From the NCBI GenBank assembly GCA_034665805.1, contig JAXDMY010000011.1, positions 1-43,465 of the forward strand: DNA of 43,465 nt, read 5' to 3'. The position numbers and the translations under genes are program-made. Below the pieces are notes generated by a model, which searched no databases, was not told where the DNA came from, and was given only the letters and a program-made list of their open reading frames with translations. Source of the stretch: Alphaproteobacteria bacterium. Its GTDB lineage: Bacteria; Pseudomonadota; Alphaproteobacteria; Micropepsales; Micropepsaceae. Positions 35,296-43,465 of the stretch are shown here, piece after piece (positions within the stretch are counted from its first letter, which is position 1; each line of letters begins with the position of its first letter).

Positions 35296-37376
35296 ACGAT
35301 GCGCTGATCCGCAAGGCGTTCGATTCCCATCGTGCGGGCCGGCTTGCTGAAGCGGAGCGGCTCTATGGCGAGATCCTCGTTGCCGAACCCCGCCATCTCG
35401 ACGCATTGTTCCTGCTCGGCTCGCTGCATTTCCAGCGCGGCGACTTGGCAGCGGCACTCACGCGCTTCGACCAGGCGCTGGCGATCAAACCGGACATGCC
35501 CGATGCGCACGCCGCGCGGGGGGCTGCGCTTTCGAGCCTGAACCGCCATCAGGACGCGCTCGCAGCCTATGACCGGGCGTTGGCGGTGCGCCCTAGCCAT
35601 GTGCCGGCGCTGAACAACCGGGGTAATGCGCTGCTGGCGCTGAAACGCGACGCCGAGGCGGTTGCGAGCTACGACAAGGCTCTCGCCATCAAGCCCGATT
35701 ATCCCGATGCCTGGCGCAATCGCGGAACCGCGCTGCTGCAGCTCGCGCGCTTGGACGAAGCGCTTGCCAGTTTCGATCGCGCGCTGGGATTGCAGCCCGA
35801 TTTCGCCGATGCATGGGAAGATCGCGCCGGCACATTGATGCGTCTTTCCCGCCGCGAAGAGGCCGCGGCCGCTTACGACAAGGCCATCGCACTCAAGCCG
35901 GACAACCCCGATCTCCTCTACAATCGCGGCAACGTCCTGTCGATTTTGAAACGCTATGAAGAAGCCATCCGCGACTGCGAAAAGCTTCTCGCCATTGCGC
36001 CCGATTATCCTTATGCGCGCGGTGTGCTCGTCCATTCCAAGCTGCAATGTTGCGACTGGCGGTCGCTGGACGAAGAGAAAGCGAAAATCGGCGCGGCCCT
36101 GAAAGCGGGAAAGCGCGTCGTCTCGCCCTTCAATTTGAAGGCGCTGTCGGATTCGCCCAGCGAGCAGCTGCGTTGCGCCCAGCTCTGGGTCGCGCATGAG
36201 GTTCCGCCTTCACCCACCCCTTTATGGGGTGGGGAACCCTACCACCACGGCCGCATCCGGCTCGCCTATATCTCCGCCGATTTCAACAATAGCGCCGTCG
36301 CCACGCTGATGGCCCCTGTGTTTGAACATCATGATCGCAGCCGTTTCGAATCCATCGCTGTCGCTTTCGGTCCGGCCGAGAAGACACCGATGCGCGTGCG
36401 TCTCGAATCGGCATTCGAACGCTTTCACGATCTGCGCACGCAAAGCGATTTGGATATCGCGGCAGCCTTGCGCGAAATGGAAGTCGATATTGCCGTGGAT
36501 CTCATGGGGTTCACCGGGGAATGCCGCAGCGCCATTTTCGCCCATCGCCCTGCCCCGCTGCAGGTGAATTATCTGGGCTTTCCCGGAACGATGGGCGCGC
36601 CTTATATCGACTACATTGTCGCCGACCCGACCGTGATCCCGGAAGAGCACCAGCACTTCTACGCGGAGAAGATCGCCTATCTTCCCGATTGCTATTTGCC
36701 CAGCGACCCCGCGCGTTCCATCGCCACGCCGCCCTCGCGCCGCGAGGCCGGCCTGCCCGAAAAGGGATTCGTCTTCGCCTCCTTCAACAACAGCTATAAA
36801 TTTTCCGCAGCAATCTTCGACATCTGGATGCGGCTGCTCAGCGCCATCGAGGATAGCGTGCTCTGGCTGCCGCAGAACAACGCGTCAGCCATGCGCAATC
36901 TCGCCCGCGAGGCGCAAACGCGCGGGGTGGCGGCGACGCGCATCGTGTTCGCGCCGCCCATACAAGCCGCGGACCAACATCTTGCCCGGCTTTCGCTGGC
37001 CGATCTGTTCCTGGACACGCTCCCCTACAACGCCCACACCTCCGCGTGCGATGCGCTGTGGGCCGGCGTTCCGCTGCTGACCCTATTGGGCAATAGCTTC
37101 GCCGGACGGGCCGCTGCCAGCGCCTTGACCGCCGTGGGACTGCGGGGCCTGATCGCGCATACGCCACCCGCCTATGAAGCGATGGCATTGTCGCTGGCGC
37201 GCAATCCCGAAGCGCTCGCCGAGATGAGAGGCCAGCTCGCACGCAACCGCGACGCTTCACCCCTGTTCGATCCGGCGCGATTCACCCGCCACCTGGAACG
37301 CGCATTCGAAACCATGTGGGCGCGGCATCAGAAGCGCGAACCACCCGCGAGCTTTGCTGTCGCACGCAGCGGCTAA
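35292..37376 (+). CDS. TPR + GT41 (OGT/SPINDLY-like) protein, paralog 4 (694 aa, 7 TPRs)
   Basis: The ATG at 35292 forms an ATGA overlap with the paralog 3 stop. Seven TPRs. HSKLQCCDWRS linker. RLAYISADFNNSAVATLM, LQVNYLGFPGTMGAPYIDYIVAD, FNNSYKFSA, YNAHTSACDALWAGVPLLT. Confidence 0.85.
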   Translation: MNDALIRKAFDSHRAGRLAEAERLYGEILVAEPRHLDALFLLGSLHFQRGDLAAALTRFDQALAIKPDMPDAHAARGAALSSLNRHQDALAAYDRALAVRPSHVPALNNRGNALLALKRDAEAVASYDKALAIKPDYPDAWRNRGTALLQLARLDEALASFDRALGLQPDFADAWEDRAGTLMRLSRREEAAAAYDKAIALKPDNPDLLYNRGNVLSILKRYEEAIRDCEKLLAIAPDYPYARGVLVHSKLQCCDWRSLDEEKAKIGAALKAGKRVVSPFNLKALSDSPSEQLRCAQLWVAHEVPPSPTPLWGGEPYHHGRIRLAYISADFNNSAVATLMAPVFEHHDRSRFESIAVAFGPAEKTPMRVRLESAFERFHDLRTQSDLDIAAALREMEVDIAVDLMGFTGECRSAIFAHRPAPLQVNYLGFPGTMGAPYIDYIVADPTVIPEEHQHFYAEKIAYLPDCYLPSDPARSIATPPSRREAGLPEKGFVFASFNNSYKFSAAIFDIWMRLLSAIEDSVLWLPQNNASAMRNLAREAQTRGVAATRIVFAPPIQAADQHLARLSLADLFLDTLPYNAHTSACDALWAGVPLLTLLGNSFAGRAAASALTAVGLRGLIAHTPPAYEAMALSLARNPEALAEMRGQLARNRDASPLFDPARFTRHLERAFETMWARHQKREPPASFAVARSG

Positions 37377-37398
37377 TTGTGCTTCGATCGTTTTCACC

Positions 37399-40092
37399 AT
37401 GAACGACCTCATCCTGCAGAACGCGTGGCGGCTGCACCAGGCGGGCAATTTCGCCGAGGCGGCGCGGCTCTATAATGACGTGCTGCGGATAAATCCGCGT
37501 CATGTCGGAGCCCTGCAGATGCTTGGCTTCCTTCATTTCCAACGCGGCGAATTCGGGGAAGCGGAACGCATCATGGAGAAGGCCGTCAAGCTGGATCCGA
37601 AATCGGTCGATGCGCTCTACAACCGCGGTTGCGCGCTTCAGGCCTTGAACCGGTCGAAGGAAGCGCTGACCTGTTTCGATCGCGCGTTGGCGCTCAAGCC
37701 CGACTACGCGCCGGCGATGCTCAATCGCGGCAATGTCCTCTCCCAGATGGGCCGTTTCGCCGATGCGCTGGCAAGTTACGATCTGGCGCAGGCGCTGATG
37801 CCCGCCTCGGCAGAGCTTACGATGAACCGCGGCAATGCGCTGTTCGAGCTCGAACGCTATGCCGAAGCGCTTGCCAGCTACGATGCGGCGCTCAAGCAAG
37901 ACCTTAGCGAACCGCTGCTTTGGAACAATCGCGGCAATGCGCTGAGCGAACTTGGCCGGCATCAGGATGCGGTCGCGAGTTTCACCCGGGCCTTGGCGCT
38001 CGAGCCCGCCTATGTGGATGCCTTGGTGAATCGCGGCAACGCCTTCGTCAAACTTGCGCGCGACGTCGAGGCGCTTGCCGATTTCACCAAGGCCCTTGTC
38101 ATCGAGCCCGACAATATCGAGGCGCTGGATAGCCGGGGCCATTTGCTGCTCAGGGGAAAGCGGGCCATCGAAGCGCTCGCCTCGTTCGATCGCATCCTGG
38201 TGCTCGACCCTGAGCATGGCGAAGCGGCGAGCGGGCGCGCAGTCGCACTCATCGAACTGAAACGCGACGGGGAAGCCCTCGCCGCCTTCGATTCTGCTCT
38301 TCAGATCGCCGAGAGCGCCGAGGTCCTCAGCAACCGCGCGAGCGCGCTGGTGCGTCTGAAACGCCATGAGGAGGCGTTGGCGAGTTCTGATCGCGCCCTT
38401 GCGCTGGATCCCACCTTTGGAGCGGCGTGGCACAACCGCGGCAGCGCCTTGGCGGGGCTGAAGCGGTACAAGGAGGCGCTCGTCTGTTACGACAAGGCGC
38501 TCGTTCTCTCGCCGGAGAGTCCCAGCACATGGAACAATCGCGGTGCGACCATGCTGTCATTGAAGCAGGATGAGGCGGCGCTCCCCTATTTCGAGACCGC
38601 GTTACGGCTCAACCCAGAGGACGCCGACTCCTGGAGCAATCGCGCGCGCGCGTTCTCGAGCCTCAAGCGCTTCCCGGACGCTATCGCCGATAGCGAGAGA
38701 GCGCTCGCGCTTGATCCTAAGCACGCGGCCGCGCTTCGCATTGGTATTCATTCGCGCCTTCACGCTTGCGATTGGCGGCGGCGGGACGAGGACAAAAAGC
38801 GGATCACCGTCGGCCTGATGTCCGGATCGCGGGTTATCGAGACGCTCGATCACCGGGGTCTGTGCGATTCGGAAGAGGAGAATCTTGCCGCCGCGCGGCT
38901 TTGGGTGGCCGACGAATGCCCGCCTGCGGCCAATCCATTATGGCGCGGAGAGCGCTACCGCCACGACAGAATCCGCATCGCCTATCTCTCGACCGATTTT
39001 CGTGCCCATGCCGTCGCCTCTCTGATCGTCGGCATCTTCGAGCATCATGACAAAGACCGTTTCGAGACCACCGCCATCTCGTTCGGCCGCGACGACAAAA
39101 GCGAAATCCGTGCGCGCATCGAAACCGCCTTCGACCGGTTCATCGACGTGGCCGAGATCAGCGATTCCGAGGTCGCCGCGATGATGCGCGAAATGGAGAT
39201 CGACATCGCGATCGATCTCAACGGCTATACGGGGGACCCGCGCACGGGAATTCTCGCGCATCGGCCGGCCCCGGTGCAGGTGAACTATCTCGGTTATCCC
39301 GGCACCATGGGCGCGCCCTATATCGACTACATCATCGCCGACCGCATCGTCATCCCGGAAGGCCAGCAAAGCCATTACAGCGAAAGAATCGCCTATCTGC
39401 CCGATGCCTATCAAGCCAATGACCGCAAGCGCCGTGTCGCGGATCGGACACCGACCCGAACCGAAGCCGGATTGCCGGAGCACGGCTTCGTCTTCGCCTC
39501 CTTCAACAACACCTACAAGATCGGACCGGAGGTCTTCGAGGTCTGGATGCGGCTGCTACGCGGCATCGATGGCAGCGTGTTGTGGCTGCTGGAAGACAAT
39601 TCCATCGCGGCGGCGAACGTCCGGCGCGAAGCCCAGCTGCGCGGGATCGCGCCCGAACGGCTCATCTTCGCGCCGCGCGCCAAACCGGACGAGCATCTGG
39701 CGCGCCATTCGCTTGCCGACCTCTTCCTCGACACGCTTCCCTACAACGCCCATACGACCGCCAGCGATGCCCTCTGGATGGGATTGCCGCTGGTGACATG
39801 TCCCGGCAGCACCTTCCCGGGCCGCGTCGGCGCCAGCCTGTTGCACGCGATCGGCCTACCCGAGCTGGTGACGGATACTCTTGCGGACTACGAAGCGCTG
39901 GCGTTGGAACTGGCGCGCGAGCCCGCTGCACTGTCCGCGATCAAGGCGAAGCTCGCGGCCAATCGCGACGCCTTTCCGATGTTCGACACGGCGCGGTTCA
40001 CGAAACTCCTCGAAGCCGCCTATGCGACGATGTGGGAACGCCAGCAACGCGGCGACGCGCCGGAGAGTTTCTCGGTACCGGCGATCCCCTAA
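37399..40092 (+). CDS. TPR + GT41 (OGT/SPINDLY-like) protein, paralog 5 (897 aa, 13 TPRs)
   Basis: The ATG at 37399 is supported by N-terminal homology to paralog 3 (MNDLILQNAWRLHQAGNFAEAARLY). 22-nt gap after paralog 4. Thirteen TPRs. HSRLHACDWRR linker. RIAYLSTDFRAHAVASL, VQVNYLGYPGTMGAPYIDYIIAD, FNNTYKIGP, YNAHTTASDALWMGLPLVT. Confidence 0.85.
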   Translation: MNDLILQNAWRLHQAGNFAEAARLYNDVLRINPRHVGALQMLGFLHFQRGEFGEAERIMEKAVKLDPKSVDALYNRGCALQALNRSKEALTCFDRALALKPDYAPAMLNRGNVLSQMGRFADALASYDLAQALMPASAELTMNRGNALFELERYAEALASYDAALKQDLSEPLLWNNRGNALSELGRHQDAVASFTRALALEPAYVDALVNRGNAFVKLARDVEALADFTKALVIEPDNIEALDSRGHLLLRGKRAIEALASFDRILVLDPEHGEAASGRAVALIELKRDGEALAAFDSALQIAESAEVLSNRASALVRLKRHEEALASSDRALALDPTFGAAWHNRGSALAGLKRYKEALVCYDKALVLSPESPSTWNNRGATMLSLKQDEAALPYFETALRLNPEDADSWSNRARAFSSLKRFPDAIADSERALALDPKHAAALRIGIHSRLHACDWRRRDEDKKRITVGLMSGSRVIETLDHRGLCDSEEENLAAARLWVADECPPAANPLWRGERYRHDRIRIAYLSTDFRAHAVASLIVGIFEHHDKDRFETTAISFGRDDKSEIRARIETAFDRFIDVAEISDSEVAAMMREMEIDIAIDLNGYTGDPRTGILAHRPAPVQVNYLGYPGTMGAPYIDYIIADRIVIPEGQQSHYSERIAYLPDAYQANDRKRRVADRTPTRTEAGLPEHGFVFASFNNTYKIGPEVFEVWMRLLRGIDGSVLWLLEDNSIAAANVRREAQLRGIAPERLIFAPRAKPDEHLARHSLADLFLDTLPYNAHTTASDALWMGLPLVTCPGSTFPGRVGASLLHAIGLPELVTDTLADYEALALELAREPAALSAIKAKLAANRDAFPMFDTARFTKLLEAAYATMWERQQRGDAPESFSVPAIP

Positions 40093-40094
40093 CT

Positions 40095-42824
40095 CTATTG
40101 CGGCGTGGGGCCCTGGCTGACCCGCACTAGATCGCCGGGACGCACCCATTTCCTGAACGCGGCCTGCACATCCGCAGGACTCAGCGCGATGTAGCGCCGG
40201 GCAGCATTTGTCGGCTCATCGAGCGGCAAATCCAGCTCCCAGCGGCCGGCAAGCGCGCGCGCAATGCGCCCGACGCTGGATTCGCCCAAAGGCATCTCGC
40301 GAAGCATCAAAGCCTTGGTCCGTTGCAGTTCATCGGCGCCCACAGGCGTATCCTGCATCTGCTTGAGCTCTTGCACGATGATGGCGTGGGCCTTGGAGAC
40401 ATTTTCCGGATCGGAGGCGAATTGCACAATGTAATTGCCGCGTGTCTTACCGGCGTTCAGATCGGAACCGACCGAATAGACCAACCCGGCATTCTTTCTC
40501 AGATCGATGGAAAGCCGCGTGGCATAGAAGCTGCCGCCAAGCACGCCATTGCCCAATTGCAGCGCATAATAATCGGGATCGGAACGCGTGATGCCCATGT
40601 TCTGCGCCAAAATAACGCTGTCCTGGACCCGGCTTTCATCGGGCACCGCGACCACATTGGCTTTGTTCGGCGGCGCGGTTGGCAAATCCGTGGAGGGCTT
40701 GGGACCTTCGGCCTTCCAGCCGCCGAAATATTTCTCGATCTCCGTGCGGGCGCGCTCCGGCGTGATGCGGCCTATCACCACGATGCTGGCAAGATCAGGC
40801 CGGAAGGCGGTGCGGTAATAGCCCTTGACGTCATCGATGGTGATCGAGCGCACGCTTTCGGGCGTCGCATCGCGCAAGGTCGGATCGCCTTTCGGGTACA
40901 ATGCCTCGCGCAGAGAGCGCTGCATCAAATAGCCGGGGCTCTTAAGCTGTGCCGCCACGACGCGCGCCACCTGTCCCTTGATGACCTCCAGCGCGTCTTT
41001 CGGCAAAGCGGGATGGAGCTCATTGTCGGCCAAGAGCTCGACGCCGCGGTCAAGATCACGCGTAAGGACTTGGATAGAAAAGTCGGTGCCGGCATCTTCC
41101 TCCGCGCCGATTTTATCCAGCGCTTCCTGGAACGCGATCCGATCGAGTTTTTCGCTGCCATAATCGAAGAGCTGGGAGATCACCTGCGACATGCCTTCCT
41201 TGCCCTGGGGCACCAGAAGCTCGGGGCGCGTCTTGATATGGCCATAGACGGTGACCGTGTCGCTGACGTCTTCGGGCTGCACAATGAGCGTCAGCCCATT
41301 GGACAGCGTGGTCACGGTGGGATGGATGGTGGAAGCGGGCACGTTCAGCCGGCTCAATGCGCTCTCCGCCCAATCGGGAAGAGTGGTCGGCTTTGCCTCT
41401 CCCAGCGAGATGGCCTCCTGGCCGCCGAAGCCGTTGGAAGCGACCGGCCGTCCGCCGCCACGCGGCACCAGCACGGCCGAAACCGCGCGGTTGAGATTGA
41501 GATAGGCCCTCGCCACGCGGTTCACGTCGGCGACGGTGACCTTCTTGATTCGCTCTAGATCTTCGTCGGGCGAACGCAGATTGTAGACCGCCACTGCCTC
41601 CGACCAGATCGAGGCGAGGCCCGCGATCGAGTTCTTCTGGAATTCCGCTTGGCGCTCTTCCTGAACCTTCGCGGCCTCCACGAGATCGGCCGGTACGCCC
41701 TGATCGAGGATCTTCTGCAGCGTGGTGCGAAGCTCCGTCGCGGCCGCCTTGGCATCGCCGTCGGCGGGGAAGGCAAGCGTGGCATAGGCCATGCCGACCT
41801 TAGGCAGCGGATTGAGAGAAAAGCCCGTCGAGAGCGCCTTGCCTTCCGGCACGAGGGCGAACAGATCGCTCCGCTCGCTATTCAGCACGTCGGAAAGAAC
41901 TTCGAGCGCGGGAAAATCCGGGCTTTCGAGACCGGGTATCCGCGTCGCCAGCACCGTCGTTCCGTTGGCGGTGTTGGTAGGAACGGTAAAGGGCTCTGTC
42001 GCCGCGATCGGCTTGGGATTGATCCCCGGATGGACCGGAAGGGTCTTGCGCGGGATCGAGCCGAACATGGTCCGCACTTTGGCGAGCGTCGCCTGTGGAT
42101 CGAGATCGCCAACCACCACCAGGATGGCGTTATTGGGCGCGTACCATTTGTCGTAAAACGCCTTCAGCATGGGGCCGGTGGTCTTGTCGAAGGACGGCCG
42201 CGTGCCGAGCGCATCGTGCTCATAGGGCGTGCCGGCGAACATGATCTCCCGCAATTTGGAGAACAGGACGTAATTGGGGCTCGAAATATCCTGCGCCACT
42301 TCCTGTTCGATGGCGCCACGCTCCTCGCCCCAATCCTTATCCGTATCATTCACGGCACGCATCCGGATCGCTTCGATATTCAGCGCAATATCGAGGTCTT
42401 CGGATGGGACGGTGAAAAGATATTGCGTCAGGTTCTCGCGCGTATTGGCGTTGAAATTGCCGCCCATGACGCTGCCGATATTGGCGAGCTGATCGGCCGT
42501 GAGGCCCGGGCTGCCGCGGAACATCATATGTTCCTGCGCATGCGCCATGCCGGGAAATCCATCGGGCGCATCGTTGGAGCCGGCGAGATAATTCACCGAG
42601 GTCGCAACCACGGGCGCAAGTGTGTTGCGCACCAGGATCACGCGAAGCCCGTTCGGCAGGGTCGCACGAAGAACACCAGGCTCGGTTACGGGCTGCCGGG
42701 TGGCCGCGGGCGCGGAGGGCGTCCAGACAAGATTTGCGATGCCAAAAGCGGCGACGGCAAGACCGCCCGCCAAGGCACTGGCCAAACCAAACCGGCGCGC
42801 ATGTTTCGCGCGAGAATTGCCCAT
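40095..42824 (-). CDS. M16 (pitrilysin/insulinase) family zinc peptidase, four-domain fused form, secreted
   Basis: 909 aa. N-terminal signal-like MGNSRAKHARRFGLASALAGGLAVAAFGIANL. Inverted zincin motif GMAHAQEHMMFRG (HxxEH). A second M16-like half lacks the motif. Confidence 0.85.
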   Translation of the reverse strand: MGNSRAKHARRFGLASALAGGLAVAAFGIANLVWTPSAPAATRQPVTEPGVLRATLPNGLRVILVRNTLAPVVATSVNYLAGSNDAPDGFPGMAHAQEHMMFRGSPGLTADQLANIGSVMGGNFNANTRENLTQYLFTVPSEDLDIALNIEAIRMRAVNDTDKDWGEERGAIEQEVAQDISSPNYVLFSKLREIMFAGTPYEHDALGTRPSFDKTTGPMLKAFYDKWYAPNNAILVVVGDLDPQATLAKVRTMFGSIPRKTLPVHPGINPKPIAATEPFTVPTNTANGTTVLATRIPGLESPDFPALEVLSDVLNSERSDLFALVPEGKALSTGFSLNPLPKVGMAYATLAFPADGDAKAAATELRTTLQKILDQGVPADLVEAAKVQEERQAEFQKNSIAGLASIWSEAVAVYNLRSPDEDLERIKKVTVADVNRVARAYLNLNRAVSAVLVPRGGGRPVASNGFGGQEAISLGEAKPTTLPDWAESALSRLNVPASTIHPTVTTLSNGLTLIVQPEDVSDTVTVYGHIKTRPELLVPQGKEGMSQVISQLFDYGSEKLDRIAFQEALDKIGAEEDAGTDFSIQVLTRDLDRGVELLADNELHPALPKDALEVIKGQVARVVAAQLKSPGYLMQRSLREALYPKGDPTLRDATPESVRSITIDDVKGYYRTAFRPDLASIVVIGRITPERARTEIEKYFGGWKAEGPKPSTDLPTAPPNKANVVAVPDESRVQDSVILAQNMGITRSDPDYYALQLGNGVLGGSFYATRLSIDLRKNAGLVYSVGSDLNAGKTRGNYIVQFASDPENVSKAHAIIVQELKQMQDTPVGADELQRTKALMLREMPLGESSVGRIARALAGRWELDLPLDEPTNAARRYIALSPADVQAAFRKWVRPGDLVRVSQGPTPQ

Positions 42825-43004
42825 GAAATACTCCCGATGCGTGTCGAGTGGCCGACGTCAATCCTGTTCAGCACATAGATTTAGCTTAACGCTCTCATAG
42901 CACATCCTTTTCAATCCTTTAGGGTGTTCACTTCCCTGTCAGACTTGGGAATCGCCTGATGGGTGGCCGACAAGCCGTTGGAGCGCCTGGATTTTTTCCG
43001 TCTT

Positions 43005-43465
43005 TTAACGCGGTGGTAGGGCTGCCGGAACATCAAAACCCGCGGCAGCGAAAATGCGGCCGGCTTCGCCGCTTCTGAGATAGGCAAGGAACCGGGCAGA
43101 GTCGGGACCAGCGTCTTTGGTGAGCGCCGCGGGATATAGAACCGGTTCATGCGTGTTGTCGGGGAAGGTCGCGACCACGCGCACGCGCGGCTCGATCCGC
43201 GCATCGGTCGCGTAGACGATTCCCAACGGCGCCTCCCCTCTTGCGACATAAGCCAAAGTGGCACGCACATCTTCCCCCTGGGCCAGACGGTCCTTGACGC
43301 TGTCCCACACACCCAGCGCCGTGAGTGCCGCCTTGCCGTAACGCCCGGCCGGAACGGATTCGACGGTGGCAAGCGCAAGACGCCCCCCGTGCAATGCTTC
43401 GGCCAGTTTGAATCGCGGCGCGATGGCGAGCGTGATCCTGGAATCGGCGGGCGCAACCAGGACAA
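43005..43465 (-). CDS. modA: molybdate ABC transporter substrate-binding protein ModA, C-terminal part (N-terminus off the right window edge)
   Basis: The reverse frame is open from the window edge (first full codon at 43463): VLVAPADSRITLAIAPRFKLAEALHGGRLALATVESVPAGRYGKAALTALGVWDSVKDRLAQGEDVRATLAYVARGEAPLGIVYATDA. This is the typical ModA C-lobe. The track lists only 43005..43394 from an internal TTG. Confidence 0.8.
   Translation of the reverse strand, partial: VLVAPADSRITLAIAPRFKLAEALHGGRLALATVESVPAGRYGKAALTALGVWDSVKDRLAQGEDVRATLAYVARGEAPLGIVYATDARIEPRVRVVATFPDNTHEPVLYPAALTKDAGPDSARFLAYLRSGEAGRIFAAAGFDVPAALPPR

Noticed and set aside
27256-40092. GT41 array as a horizontally acquired island
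   Set aside because: There are no flanking tRNA genes, integrases, transposases or direct repeats. By eye there is no compositional break relative to neighbouring genes. In-situ duplication is the more economical explanation.
42825-43004. Relatively AT-rich 180-nt spacer between the M16 peptidase start and the modA stop, containing GTGGCCGAC twice (near 42850 and 42963)
   Set aside because: The 9-bp direct repeat is too short to be meaningful. The region is most simply a promoter/5' UTR for the peptidase plus the modA 3' end. No tRNA-like or structured element was recognised.
42911-43465. 184-aa reverse ORF running from the right window edge
   Set aside because: Its translation is Arg/Pro/Ser-rich with no motifs. 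The overlapping alternative frame encodes an unmistakable ModA C-terminal lobe.

Overview
GC-rich chromosomal segment, apparently alphaproteobacterial. Hyphomicrobiales-type markers are present: a PodJ-like polarity factor, an Alph_Pro_TM/TIGR02186-type gene pair, and frequent ATGA start/stop overlaps. I support about 35 protein-coding genes. I found no tRNA, rRNA, CRISPR array, transposase or integrase. Layout: (i) nt 1-7860, minus strand: a tightly packed TetR-headed operon. It holds a Tat-signal FMN alpha-hydroxyacid dehydrogenase, an orphan NMT1-type binding protein, an AtoE-like transporter, a 4HBT thioesterase, a stand-alone aryl-CoA-hydroxylase-like flavoprotein, a crotonase and an OFA-family MFS transporter. 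(ii) nt 8070-13280, minus strand: AKR, SDR, cNMP-binding patatin phospholipase, TPR-methyltransferase and a small secreted protein, ending in a clear intrinsic terminator. (iii) Housekeeping-type genes: CAP lipoprotein, DUF962, podJ-like, TSUP + Alph_Pro_TM, gcdH, hydrolase, DUF423, acyltransferase-lutABC. (iv) The most unusual part is nt 25118-40092. A soluble multi-PAS histidine kinase with no receiver is followed by an MFS_3 transporter. That transporter is translationally coupled to FIVE tandem paralogous TPR + GT41 (O-GlcNAc-transferase/SPINDLY-like) genes. They carry 8, 9, 8, 7 and 13 TPRs, and two of them have replaced a conserved active-site histidine. (v) A convergent 909-aa M16 peptidase and a partial modA close the window. 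All family assignments come from motifs read by eye in the supplied translations; no database search was run. Many long ORFs in the track are antisense or off-frame artefacts of high GC content and were rejected.
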